Shown: positions 26,885 through 38,956, numbered from the stretch's first letter. The stretch is DNA of 64,000 nt from Eledone cirrhosa (GCA_964016885.1 OZ024743.1:345030001-345094000); one strand, 5' to 3'. The notes: generated by a model not told the origin, from the letters alone. A program made the numbers and translations.

Positions 26885-29389
26885 GATAAAGTAGAAGAGG
26901 CAATTAGAAGTGGCAACGTAGCCAGCGTGCTAGCAACGAGAACGGCCTTGGACCAGTTCTTCGACGCAAAGCACGAGGGCTGCGTTGTCAGAAGCAAAAT
27001 ACGTGCTCTGGGAAACGAGGGAGCCAAAGCTGTTAGCTGGGCCCGAGTGACGGAGGCAAAAAGTGGCAACAAGTCCACGATTCGGTCTTTGAAGGACCAA
27101 AACGGACGCGTGATACGTGAGCCGAAGCAGATGTGTGCGGCTTTTCAGCGGCACTTTGCTCGGCTGTTCGGGGGGAGCGGCGCGCCGGGAGAGGCTATGG
27201 ATTTCGGTCCATACCTCGACGGCCTACCGCGACTCTCGGACAGTGAGGCGAAGTTCTGCGAAAAGCCGATTTCAGCCACTGAGATAGGGGACGCGCTGAG
27301 CCAATGCGGCAAACGCAAATCTCCAGGTCTCGACGGTCTACCCTACGAATTTTACGTAGCAATGCCGGACTTATTCTCCGGTCTCCTGGAAGCGGTCTAC
27401 TGCAACTGGCAACAGAACGGGAGAATTCCCAGTTCTGTAACCGGGGGCGTGGTCACACTAATCAGGAAGGACGAGAATAAGGGGGATGACATAGGCAACT
27501 TCCGGCCCATAACTCTGCTAAACACAGAGTTACAGATTTTGGCCAAGGTGTTGGCAAAGAGGCTGGCGCTTGTCGTCGAGAACCTGGTGGGAGAAGCGCA
27601 GACATGCGCGATCCCGACCAGGTCCATACACGACAACCTCCACCTCATGCGATACATCATAGAGAGGGTAGGGTGTAAACCCGGCTTCGGTGGGGCCCTG
27701 ATCAACTTGGATCAGTCTAAGGCTTTCGATAGGGTTGACCATCGTTACCTGGATGCGGTGCTCGAGGCGGCAGGCTTCGGACCCGTGTTCAGGGGCTGGA
27801 TTGCTGCAATGCACAACAGCAACATCTGCTCAAGGGTCAAGGTGAACGGTTACCTCTCGGAGCCGTTCCATATTACGCGATCCATTCGACAGGGATGCCC
27901 TCTCTCCTCCCTTCTGTACGTACTGACTCTCGAGCCACTACTGCGGAAGCTGGAGCTATTGCAGGGCATCCCTCTGGAACCGGGACTGCGGAAAGCGGCG
28001 TCGGCCTACGCCGACGACGTGACAGTAATGGTGTCGAGCGCCTCGCAAATCGAGGAAGTCGGCACCTTACTAAAGGAATACGAAAGTCTCACAGGAGCGA
28101 AGCTGAACCGGGACAAGTCCATCGGTTTGCAACTCGGATCGTGGAGAGGCAGACCGATGCCTTCCGATGGCGTCGTCGGACGCTGGACGGAAGGACCGGT
28201 AAAGCTGCTCGGGGTCTGGTTTGGTCCGGACCTCCAGGTGGAGAAGAACTGGAACGAAGTGACGGCCAAGGTGTTTGCACTCACCCAGAAGTGGGCCGAG
28301 TGCAAACTATCCTTGAAAGGTCGAGCGGAGGTGGCGAACACTTTTATAGCGTCCGCCATCTACTACCGCTTGACCGTCGTGCCTTGTCCAGCCAAAACGC
28401 TCGCCAAAATGGAGCGCGCCCTCTTCCGATTCCTTTGGAAGAGGCGGGCTCCTTTGGTAAGAAGATCCATCTGCTGCCAACACCCTTCTAACGGAGGGCT
28501 GGGGATGCCGTGGTTGACGATGCGCAAACACGCGCTCAGGCTGCGGCATCTCTACGTATTCCTCACCGGACAACCGGTGTGGGCCCCGTTCGTGAGGCGA
28601 GCCTTCCCACGACTCGTCTCGCTGACCGAGCTGCAGTCCTGGGTCAAGCAGAGACCGAGGAAAATGGGCGACTGGCACATCGAATGTGCTCAGGCGCTCA
28701 CAGCCCTCTGGCAGGCGGACCCGGCGATCAGTGGAGACTCCACTTCGTCATTCTATAGAGGGTTGGTCCGCAGCAAGTGCGACGACGCGCTCGGTGAAAC
28801 TCTAGGCGTGGAGGAAGATGAACTGGCCAGTCTGTTCGGTAGGACCTTCCGCCCGGGACCGATGGACAACTTCCAAAAGTCCCTGGCCTGGCAGTGCTAC
28901 CGAGGAGCTCTACCAGTTCGAGACAAGCTCTACAGACATGGGCGCCCGGGCAGGGACCCTGCAAAAAAGATCTGTCCGAGGTGCGTGCGAGACGAAGAAA
29001 CCGTCGCGCACGCATTCATACACTGCCCGGGCGTCACTGACCTGTGGGACTATGTGGAACGACTATTGTCGCGGGTGGGACCAATCCAGTTGACCACCGA
29101 GTCCATTGTCATGATCAAACCGCCACCCTCCTTCAAAAACGAAGGAGAGGCGGTTTTCCTTTGTGTGATAGCTATGGCGAAAGAGGTTGTATGGTGGACA
29201 AGGTTGAAAGGGCTGAGGTCAGACACCTTTCTCTCCGGCCAACAACTGATTCTTTTTTTCAAATACCACTTTGGAAGAAGAATCAGGATGGAGAGAGAGG
29301 TGCTGTACCCCAGCAAGTTTTATGAAAGGTGGGTGAAAGTGGCGAGAATGGCCCGAGTGAATGGGCCTTCTCTCTATATCAGCCTGTAG
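26885..29389 (+). CDS. L1/Tx1-type ORF2 (RT plus C-terminal CCHC finger), 5'-truncated with the APE domain missing; element extends to ~29626
   Basis: KSPGLDGLPYEFY, FRPITLLN, LDQSKAFDRVDH, IRQGCPLS, AYADD, GGLGMP, CPRC-X8-H-X4-C; uninterrupted frame. Confidence 0.92.
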   Translation, partial: DKVEEAIRSGNVASVLATRTALDQFFDAKHEGCVVRSKIRALGNEGAKAVSWARVTEAKSGNKSTIRSLKDQNGRVIREPKQMCAAFQRHFARLFGGSGAPGEAMDFGPYLDGLPRLSDSEAKFCEKPISATEIGDALSQCGKRKSPGLDGLPYEFYVAMPDLFSGLLEAVYCNWQQNGRIPSSVTGGVVTLIRKDENKGDDIGNFRPITLLNTELQILAKVLAKRLALVVENLVGEAQTCAIPTRSIHDNLHLMRYIIERVGCKPGFGGALINLDQSKAFDRVDHRYLDAVLEAAGFGPVFRGWIAAMHNSNICSRVKVNGYLSEPFHITRSIRQGCPLSSLLYVLTLEPLLRKLELLQGIPLEPGLRKAASAYADDVTVMVSSASQIEEVGTLLKEYESLTGAKLNRDKSIGLQLGSWRGRPMPSDGVVGRWTEGPVKLLGVWFGPDLQVEKNWNEVTAKVFALTQKWAECKLSLKGRAEVANTFIASAIYYRLTVVPCPAKTLAKMERALFRFLWKRRAPLVRRSICCQHPSNGGLGMPWLTMRKHALRLRHLYVFLTGQPVWAPFVRRAFPRLVSLTELQSWVKQRPRKMGDWHIECAQALTALWQADPAISGDSTSSFYRGLVRSKCDDALGETLGVEEDELASLFGRTFRPGPMDNFQKSLAWQCYRGALPVRDKLYRHGRPGRDPAKKICPRCVRDEETVAHAFIHCPGVTDLWDYVERLLSRVGPIQLTTESIVMIKPPPSFKNEGEAVFLCVIAMAKEVVWWTRLKGLRSDTFLSGQQLILFFKYHFGRRIRMEREVLYPSKFYERWVKVARMARVNGPSLYISL

Positions 29390-29630
29390 GTTGAGGAAAA
29401 GGAGGAGGAGAGGAAAGGAGTACAAGCTCTTCGTACTCCTGGAGATGAGGGTTGCACATTTTTTTCGGGGGTCTGTGTTACCCATATAAACTGTCTCCCT
29501 CTATTGGGGAAAATCGACTAACTTTTAAATTCCATCTGTGATAACATTTTACACGTTTTTATTGTATGTAAACTTCCCCCTTTGTATTTGTCCCCTTCTT
29601 TTGTGCCCCTGTGGCTAATAAAGAAATATA

Positions 29631-29661
<31 letters not shown>

Positions 29662-29670
29662 ATCTATCTT

Positions 29671-30122
29671 ATGGTGAAAGAGGTTATATGGTGGACGAGA
29701 TTGAGGGGACTGAGAACAGATGCCTTTATCTCCGGACAACAACTCATTCCCTTCTTTAGCTACCACTTTAGAAGGAGAATCAGAGTAGAGAGAGAGGCAC
29801 TGCAACCCAGTAAATTTACTGAAAGTGGGTGAATGTGCCAAAAATGGTCCCAGTGATTGGGCCTCCTCTGTTTATAAGCCTGTAGGTTAAAGAAGAGAGC
29901 AAAAGGAATAAAGGAGCACTTGCACAACACGCTCCTGAAGTTGAGGGTTGTTCTATGAACGGGGTATTAAACAACCCATTTGTGGCGTCTCCTCCCTATT
30001 GGGGATTTCGATTGTTATAATTGTTTGTTTTATATTTTTTTTTACACGACTGTATGTAAAATCCCCTGCATGGTTCTTTGTATTGTCCCCTTTTCTTGTG
30101 TGCCCTTGTGGCAAATAAAGAA

Positions 30123-30123
<1 letters not shown>
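29671..30123 (+). mobile_element. Short 3' fragment of a second Tx1-like subfamily
   Basis: Closest to 46882-47346; ends in GGCAAATAAAGAAA followed by (TCTA)n. Confidence 0.85.
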
Positions 30124-30202
<79 letters not shown>

Positions 30203-31177
30203 GTCTGTTTATTTAACTAACTAGCTATCTCTCACTCTACATATCCATCTGCATACTTGCCAATTTATATATCTATCTATTTATCTAAATATATGTCTAT
30301 CAATCTTTCGTTCTGCATATCTATTTACCAATTTTTCTTAATATATATCTATATACATACTATTCACATATATGTATATATGTATGATTGCATCTGAAAT
30401 TGGCTGGCTGCACTCTCTGTAGATTGTCATGTGTCAAGCATTAATAGGTCCACAGTAAATCATCAATCAAACAGTAATTCCATCAACGCCGCTTTATTAT
30501 ACAATGAATCACGGTGATTATATCCATAAAAGTGTGATATATCAAAATATTAATCGCTGCATTTGATATCATCAATCAATGATGAAGTAATTCTATAAAC
30601 ACCAGGCTATCGCACATTGACCTTAATATCGCCAAACAGCCATGTGTTATCATTAAACATTAACAATATGAAATAGCCTAGCGTCTGTAAATAGCATTTA
30701 ATCAGAAGACAGATCTTAACTGTAAGCAGAAGGCGTCGTAAAAGATTCTGGACTGCCATTACCCCCACCGCAACGCTATCACTACCGTCACTATTATTAA
30801 CAAAACCAGACTACTAGCAACTACAACCACGTTCACCTCACCACCACTGTCTTCAATCTATCAAAATATTAAGAGAACTACTGTGATAATAATAAACGAT
30901 TTCTTACTTTACCAGAAATACTAAAGCTTTACATAGGAAAGGGGGTGAAACTGTACAAGAGGTCACGCTTTCCTTCATGTCACAAGCGTGTGGCAATAAG
31001 CGTGTTTTTATTGTGTTTCTTTTATCTGATGATGTGTTTATCAATATTATTATTAAAAATGATAACATTACTTCTCATCTATTAATCACATGCAAAAGGA
31101 GCTTCCAACTATGGTCCAATTTTATATATATATATATGTACTGTATATATATGTATATAAATATATATATATATATA

Positions 31178-31229
<52 letters not shown>

Positions 31230-31270
31230 TGTATATATATAAATAATGTGTATATATATATATATATATA

Positions 31271-31308
<38 letters not shown>

Positions 31309-31351
31309 TGTATATATATATATATATATATATACTGTATATATATATATA

Positions 31352-31421
<70 letters not shown>

Positions 31422-31447
31422 TGTATATATATATATATATATATATA

Positions 31448-31543
<96 letters not shown>

Positions 31544-31557
31544 CTGTATATATATAT

Positions 31558-33649
31558 AATTTGGATTTAATGCTCTGAAATAGCGATATATATGTGAAGA
31601 CAAACATAGAATATTCGAAAATATTCTGTATGTTTATAATAAACATTTTGAAGACCTAATCGCTATAGAATAGAATACGTCACGTATTACAATTTGAGAT
31701 TCTCGATAAAAGCAAGGGAAGTAACCTACGCGTTTCATTCTTATTAGAAATCATCAGGATTACATATCCAATGCTTTTATCGAGAACGACACAGCTAGAG
31801 ACTTATAGAATACTTAGCTGTGTACAGGAACTGGTTTGAAAGAGCGGTAGCCGGTCCGGCAGAAATTAGAGTTTGGATTTAATGCTCTGAAATAGCGATA
31901 TATATGTGAAGACAAACATAGAATATTCGAAAATATTCTGTATGTTTATAATAAACATTTTGAAGACCTAATCGCTATAGAATAGAATACGTCACGTATT
32001 ACAATTTGAGATTCTCGATAAAAGCAAGGGAAGTAACCTACGCGTTTCATTCTTATTAGAAATCATCAGGATTACATATCCAATGCTTTTATCGAGAACT
32101 ACACAGCTAGAGACTTATAGAATACTTAGCTGTGTACAGGAACTGGTTTGAAAGAGCGGTAGCCGGTCCGGCAGAAATTAGAATTTGGATTTAATGCTCT
32201 GAAATAGCGATATATATGTGAAGACAAACATAGAATATTCGAAAATATTCTGTATGTTTATAATAAACATTTTGAAGACCTAATCGCTATAGAATAGAAT
32301 ACGTCACGTATTACAATTTGAGATTCTCGATAAAAGCAAGGGAAGTAACCTACGCGTTTCATTCTTATTAGAAATCATCAGGATTACATATCCAATGCTT
32401 TCCAATTTCTGCCGGACCGGCTACCGCTCTTTCAAACCAGTTCCTGTACACAGCTAAGTATTCTATAAGTCTCTAGCTGTGTCGTTCTCGATAAAAGCAT
32501 TGGATATGTAATCCTGATGATTTCTAATAAGAATGAAACGCGCAGGTTACTTCCCTTGCTCTTATCGAGAATCTCAAATTGTAATACGTGACGTATTCTA
32601 TTCTATAGCGATTAGGTCTTCAAAATGTTTATTATAAACATACAGAATATTTTCAATAATTCTATGTTATTCTTCATATATATATCGCTATTTCAGAGCA
32701 TTAAATCCAAATTCTAATTTCTGCCGGACCGGCTACCGCTCTTTCAAACCAGTTCCTGTACACAGCTAAGTATTCTATAAGTCTCTAGCTGTGTCGTTCT
32801 CGATAAAAGCATTGGATATGTAATCCTGATGATTTCTAATAAGAATGAAACGCGTAGGTTACTTCCCTTGCTTTTATCGAAAATCTCAAATTGTAATACG
32901 TGACGTATTCTATTCTATAGCGATTAGGTCTTCAAAATGTTTATTATAAACATACAGAATATTTTCGAATATTCTATGTTTGTCTTCACATATATATCGC
33001 TATTTCAGAGCATTAAATCCAAATTCTAATTTCTGCCGGACCGGCTACCGCTCTTTCAAACCAGTTCCTGTACACAGCTAAGTATTCTATAAGTCTCTAG
33101 CTGTGTCGTTCTCGATAAAAGCATTGGATATGTAATCCTGATGATTTCTAATAAGAATGAAACGCGTAGGTTACTTCCCTTGCTTTTATCGAGAATCTCA
33201 AATTGTAATACGTGACGTATTCTATTCTATAGCGATTAGGTCTTCAAAATGTTTATTATAAACATACAGAATATTTTCGAATATTCTATGTTTGTCTTCA
33301 CATATATATCGCTATTTCAGAGCATTAAATCCAAATTCTAATTTCTGCCGGACCGGCTACCGCTCTTTCAAACCAGTTCCTGTACACAGCTAAGTATTCT
33401 ATAAGTCTCTAGCTGTGTCGTTCTCGATAAAAGCATTGGATATGTAATCCTGATGATTTCTAATAAGAATGAAACGCGTAGGTTACTTCCCTTGCTTTTA
33501 TCGAGAATCTCAAATTGTAATACGTGACGTATTCTATTCTATAGCGATTAGGTCTTCAAAATGTTTATTATAAACATACAGAATATTTTCGAATATTCTA
33601 TGTTTGTCTTCACATATATATCGCTATTTCAGAGCATTAAATCCAAATT
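31558..33649. mobile_element. Head-to-head tandem array of a 312-bp hammerhead-containing monomer (non-LTR retrozyme-like): 2.7 units (-) plus 4 units (+)
   Basis: Landmark CTGCCGGACC at 32409, 32721, 33033 and 33345; left arm 31558-32401 is the reverse complement; both outer ends stop at ATCCAAATT and run into (TA)n. Confidence 0.9.
32820..32862 (+). ncRNA. Minimal type I hammerhead ribozyme, one per monomer (also + 32508, 33132, 33444; - 31721-31763, 32033-32075, 32345-32387)
   Basis: GTAATC-CTGATGA-T-TTCT-AATA-AGAA-T-GAAA-CGCG-TA-GGTTAC; palindromic ACGCGT stem III; cleavage after 32856. The copy at 32508 has U16.1 mutated to C. Confidence 0.9.
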
Positions 33650-33693
33650 ATATATATATATATACAGTATATATATATATATATATATATACA

Positions 33694-33727
<34 letters not shown>

Positions 33728-33753
33728 TATATATATATATATATATATATACA

Positions 33754-33787
<34 letters not shown>

Positions 33788-33827
33788 TGTATATATATAT
33801 ACTGTATATATATATATATATACTGTG

Positions 33828-33880
<53 letters not shown>

Positions 33881-34011
33881 GTGAGGTTTTTTTTACAAAA
33901 TGAAAAATAACCGAGGTATCCTACACGAGTGGAAGTATAAAGAAAAAGGGATGAAATCGAAAATGCAACTGAAGTCTTATTTTTAAAAAAAATATATATA
34001 TTTATTTGGTT

Positions 34012-34049
34012 CCTTTACCGGTTTCGCAGTTCTTCTGCTTTTCAAAAGG
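34012..34049 (-). ncRNA. Minimal hammerhead ribozyme, U3-A8 core variant; inverted copy at 38540-38577 (+)
   Basis: CCTT-TTGAAAA-GCAG-AAGAA-CTGC-GAAA-CCGG-TA-AAGG. Confidence 0.7.
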
Positions 34050-34564
34050 TGAGTTGAGATGGAGGGTCTGTGGTTTTTCTCACATCTGGTTGGTCTCTAA
34101 ATGTTACTTGTTTTATATGGAAAAACTGGCTCGAAAACCAGGTTTTTCGAGAAGTAATTTGATTGGTTTGTCAATAATTATAATAAATTTCGCGCCAGTT
34201 CGCGTTACAATAGTTCTTCAAATAAGAGAGGGGGGGGGGGGGTGTCACAGGTTGTTTTTTCATATATGAGTGTTTGAATTTCTTTTTACTTGAAAAAATG
34301 AGGCTCACGAAGGCTTTTTTTTGGTTGGTTATAAATGAAATTTGGCTGTCACGTGAACAAGTTTTCATTACATTTTTGCGCCCTTATTTGGAAAACTATT
34401 CTCTAGTCTTTATAGTGAATGTTATGACAATGGAGAGATAGTGGTCAAGGGAAAAGGGATTGGGAGAAATGTTCTGGTTCAGTGAATATGGCCAGCTGTC
34501 AGAGTTCAGGTGTCAGAGTTCAGATTTTCTATTGAGACTGAAGATATGTGTTTATTTGTGTGCT

Positions 34565-34597
<33 letters not shown>

Positions 34598-35084
34598 ATG
34601 TGTGTATTGGAAGATGATTCTATTAGTAGAGATGGGGGAGGGAGTTGTGTGTGTGTGTATATGGGTGTTATGTGTGTGTGTGCGAGTATGTTAGATAGAG
34701 AGAATATATATTTTTTATGTGTGTGTATATATATGTGTGTAGGAAAGTGGTTCTATTAGTAGAAATGGGGAGGGTGTTGTAGGTGTGGGGTTTTTTATGT
34801 GTGTGTATGGGTGTTATGTGTGTGGGAGTATGGTTAGCATGTTAAGATGAAGAGAATATATATATATATATATATATTGTGTGTGTGTATGTGTGTGTGT
34901 AGGAAAATGATTCCTTTAGTAGGAATATTTTTGAATGAACATATTTTCCTGACTTTTTCGTGTTTGCTGTTGTATTGCCAGTGCAAACGTATGTTTAAGG
35001 TTTATTTAGTTCGGGTTTTTATTTTCTAAAGTAGGTGTTATGTGTGTGTGTGTATGTCATATTGTGATGTTGACATAATGTATA

Positions 35085-37390
35085 TTAAACCTTATTTAAT
35101 GTTGGTCTATATTTTTGAATAAACATATTTTCCTTATTTATTCGCATTTGTTCTGTTGTATTGTTGGCGCAAAGGTAAAATGGGAAGACTTGGAATTTGG
35201 GTGTCTTATTACTTGCGCAAATGTCTAGATGTGCACTTAGTGGTATTTGTCTCGTGGTTGGATCTCGTAATTGTTGGCGATGAACTGTTATTCTGTTTCT
35301 GAGTGTGAGTTTAGTTTGTCCTATATAATCTTCATTGCATCCTTTACATTTAATGGCATAAAGCAGATTTTTTGATGAGCAAGTGAAGTGATTTTTTACA
35401 GTAAAAATTTGTCCTGATTTAAATGTATACGTGTTGCCTTCAATGAGGTGAGTGCAGGTTCCACAATTAGAGCGACCACATTTTTTGATACTTGGTTGTG
35501 GGTTTGTGGTAGGTAATTTGGCATTGGTGAGTAATGTTTTCAGTGATTTTGGTTGTCTTTTGCTTTTGATTATTTTGTGTGTTTCAAGGGCTTTTTTCAT
35601 TCTTGGGTTTTGTTTTAGTAGTGGGATGTTATTGTGAATAGTGTTGTAAGCTTCCGCATTTCTTGGGTTGTGTGTTGAGATATATGATAGAATATTGGAC
35701 GTACCTTGAATTTGTTTCTGTTTCCGTAATTCATCAATGCCTATTGCTTTAGCCCTTTCTATTCCATTATTTATTAGTAATAGTGGGTACTCTCTCCCAA
35801 GTAGAATTTCCTTTAATTCTTGAAGTCTTTTATTTCGCGTTTCATAATTGGAGACAATTGTGCAAATTCTTCTTGCTAGGTTAAAAGGAATGTTCGTCTT
35901 CGTGTGCTTTGGATGGTTGGAGGTGAGTAGCAGATATTGTTTGGAATCTGTTGGTTTGTAGTGTATGTCAGTTTCGATATTTGTGTCTTTTTTTGTGATT
36001 AAGATGTCCAGAAATGGGAGTTGATCTTGGCTGTATTCCATTGTGAATTGGATGTGGTTATTGATGCCGTTTATTAAGTTTTTGAAATCCTTCAGTTGGT
36101 CGAGTGTGTGGGACCAAAGAATGAGGCAATCATCCAAGTAGCGTTTCCAATTTCTCTGATAAATATTTGTGGAAGTTCAATCCGTATTTTGATTTGGACT
36201 GTTCATATATCTGGACTTCTAAGTATGCCATGACTAAGTTGGCATAAGTTGGAGCGGCTTTTGTGCCCATCGCAGTCCCCGATATTTGCTTGTAAGTATT
36301 GCCATCGAAATCAAAAAAGTTGTTCTGTAGGATGAATTTTAATCCCTCGGTGATGAAGCTTTTTTCTATTCTGTCAGGTATCTCATTGGGATATTTCTCT
36401 AGCCAGAATCCTATTGCTTCTAGTCCGTATTGGTGTGGGATCGTTGTGTAGAGATTCACTACATCGAAAGACACAATAATAGTGTCGTTGTTGACATGTT
36501 TGGGGAGGTGGTTTAAGAGGTACAGATCGTCTCTTACAAGGCTTGGTATGTGTTTCAGTATTGGTTTCAGTAGTATGTCTATAAAGTTGCTCAATCTGTG
36601 TGTTTCACATTGTGGGCCCGCTACAATTGGTCTTAATTTAAGGTCTGCGGGGTATTGTGTGTTCACGCAGGCTGAGGTGGATTGTTTACAGGCATCGTTG
36701 ATTATTTTACATTTGTGGATCTTCGGAAGTCCGTAAAGGTTGCTGGTTTTGTATTCAAAATTTGTTAAATAATCGCGTTCCTTTTTAGTTAGGTCTTCCT
36801 GGTATCGATAAATCAGTGTGTTTAATTTGGTCATTATTTTTGATTGCTGGTAGTTTTTTACTCTTTCATAGTAATTAGCATTTTGTAAGAGAGAGAACAT
36901 AGAATTTTTATATTTTTCAGCCTCCATAATGACAACAGTACTTCCCTTGTCCGCTTCCTTAATTACAATGTCCGGATTGTTTTTTAGTTCATGGATAATC
37001 TCCCATTCCCTTCGACTTGTGTTGGGTTTGGGTTTAGGTTGCGGTAGTTCATGGTATGGGAAGGTAGCTATGTGGTCACAAAATTTGTCTAGAACTCTGT
37101 TTCTACCTTTTGTTGGGTTGTAGCTGCTTTTATTCCGTACAATTGATTCGTCGTTATTCTCCTTGTCAAAGAATTCCTCTGTGAGACGTAATTTTCTACA
37201 GAAGTGTGAGATATCGTCATTTATCTCGTTGGGGTTAGGATATTGTGGTGTTGGTGTGAATTTCAGACCTTTGGAGAGAATTTTCACTTGTTGGGCTGAG
37301 AGGTTTGTATTTGAAATGTTAATTATTTTCGGTTTTTCAAAATCGGTTTGTGCCACCGGGTGTCGTGAGTCCTGTAGCCTTGGTCTAAAA
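35085..37390 (-). pseudogene. PLE reverse transcriptase plus GIY-YIG endonuclease, one 1-bp frameshift at ~36152
   Basis: LSKGLKFTPTP, IKEADKGSTVVIM, LYGLPKIHK, LRPIVAG, SFDVVNLYT, GTAMGTKAAP, (W)KRYLDDC across the frameshift, LPFLDI; Cys linker CGRSNCGTC...FTC (Neptune-type); LLYAIKC...YIGQT. Confidence 0.92.
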
Positions 37391-37910
37391 AATGATTTTT
37401 CTGGAATGTTTTTTCATTGGTATTATTATATCTAATGGTATTTCCCCTGTTGTTGTGTGGTCTTGTATAGAAGTTTCGGACGTATTGAGGTTCGGTTTGT
37501 TGATAGTCCGGGTTGTAGATTTGGTTCCTTTGTGTGGGTTGGGATCTATGGTTTTGGAACAGGCTCTGTGTGGGCAGGGGTCTACGGTTTTGGAATAGGT
37601 TTTGTGTGGGTTGTGATCTGCGGATCAGGTCCTGCCTTGTGTTCGGGGATCTTTGGTTTTTGTTAGTAGGGTTATAGTTTTGTCTATGTTTTCTGGGATT
37701 ATCGTTATAGTTTTGCTGGGGGTATGTTGGACGTTTTGTTACTTTTTTTGTTATTTGTTGTGCATGTGGTGTGTGAGTTTTAGTTTGTTTTAAAAATGGG
37801 TTACCTGTATGTTGTTCATTTTTGAAGTCCATTTCGTAGTTGTTGAACCAGGTGGCGTTTTTTTCCCATCGCTGGAGGGATGTGAGTTCTTCATCCTCAC
37901 AGTTTTCTTT
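37323..37910 (-). CDS. C-terminal part of the upstream ORF of the PLE (Gln/Asn/Arg-rich), overlapping the RT ORF in the -1 relationship
   Basis: Open frame from the truncation junction at 37910 to the stop at 37323; contains a T TTT TTA heptamer at 37392-37386. Confidence 0.6.
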   Translation of the reverse strand, partial: KENCEDEELTSLQRWEKNATWFNNYEMDFKNEQHTGNPFLKQTKTHTPHAQQITKKVTKRPTYPQQNYNDNPRKHRQNYNPTNKNQRSPNTRQDLIRRSQPTQNLFQNRRPLPTQSLFQNHRSQPTQRNQIYNPDYQQTEPQYVRNFYTRPHNNRGNTIRYNNTNEKTFQKNHFLDQGYRTHDTRWHKPILKNRK

Positions 37911-37997
37911 CGCACACACACACATAACACCCATATACACACACACACAACTCCCTCCCCCATCTCTACTAATAGAATCATCTTCCAATACACACAT

Positions 37998-38030
<33 letters not shown>

Positions 38031-38688
38031 AGCACACAAATAAACACATATCTTCAGTCTCAATAGAAAATCTGAACTCTGACACCTGAACTCTGACAGC
38101 TGGCCATATTCACTGAACCAGAACATTTCTCCCAATCCCTTTTCCCTTGACCACTATCTCTCCATTGTCATAACATTCACTATAAAGACTAGAGAATAGT
38201 TTTCCAAATAAGGGCGCAAAAATGTAATGAAAACTTGTTCACGTGACAGCCAAATTTCATTTATAACCAACCAAAAAAAAGCCTTCCTGAGCCTCATTTT
38301 TTCAAGTAAAAAGAAATTCAAACACTCATATATGAAAAAACAACCTGTGACACCCCCCCTCTCTTATTTGAAGAACTATTGTAACGCGAACTGGCGCGAA
38401 ATTTATTATAATTATTGACAAACCAATCAAATTACTTCTCGAAAAACCTGGTTTTCGAGCCAGTTTTTCCATATAAAACAAGTAACATTTAGAGACCAAC
38501 CAGATGTGAGAAAAACCACAGACTCTCCATCTCAACTCACCTTTTGAAAAGCAGAAGAACTGCGAAACCGGTAAAGGAACCAAATAAATATATATATTTT
38601 TAAAAAAAATAAGACTTCAGTTGCATTTTCGATTTCATCCCTTTTTCTTTATATATATATATATATATATATACTGTATATATATATA

Positions 38689-38740
<52 letters not shown>

Positions 38741-38757
38741 TGTATATATATATACTG

Positions 38758-38851
<94 letters not shown>

Positions 38852-38867
38852 TTTATATATATATATA

Positions 38868-38956
<89 letters not shown>

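Larger units (their letters stand above)
33875..38650 (-). mobile_element. Neptune-type Penelope-like retroelement, 5'-truncated and capped by an inverted 3'-end (pLTR) copy, inserted in (TA)n
   Basis: Inverted repeats ~33943-34683/37911-38650; RT and GIY-YIG coding region between them; an HHR variant in both repeats. Confidence 0.92.

Noticed and set aside
31558-33649. CRISPR array or ordinary satellite
   Set aside because: No unique spacers and no cas genes in a eukaryotic context; one HHR per unit fits a retrozyme-like repeat.
37911-38135. N-terminus of the 270-aa ORF (MGEMFWFSE...)
   Set aside because: It comes from the antisense of the inverted terminal repeat (same text at 34460) fused at the truncation junction.
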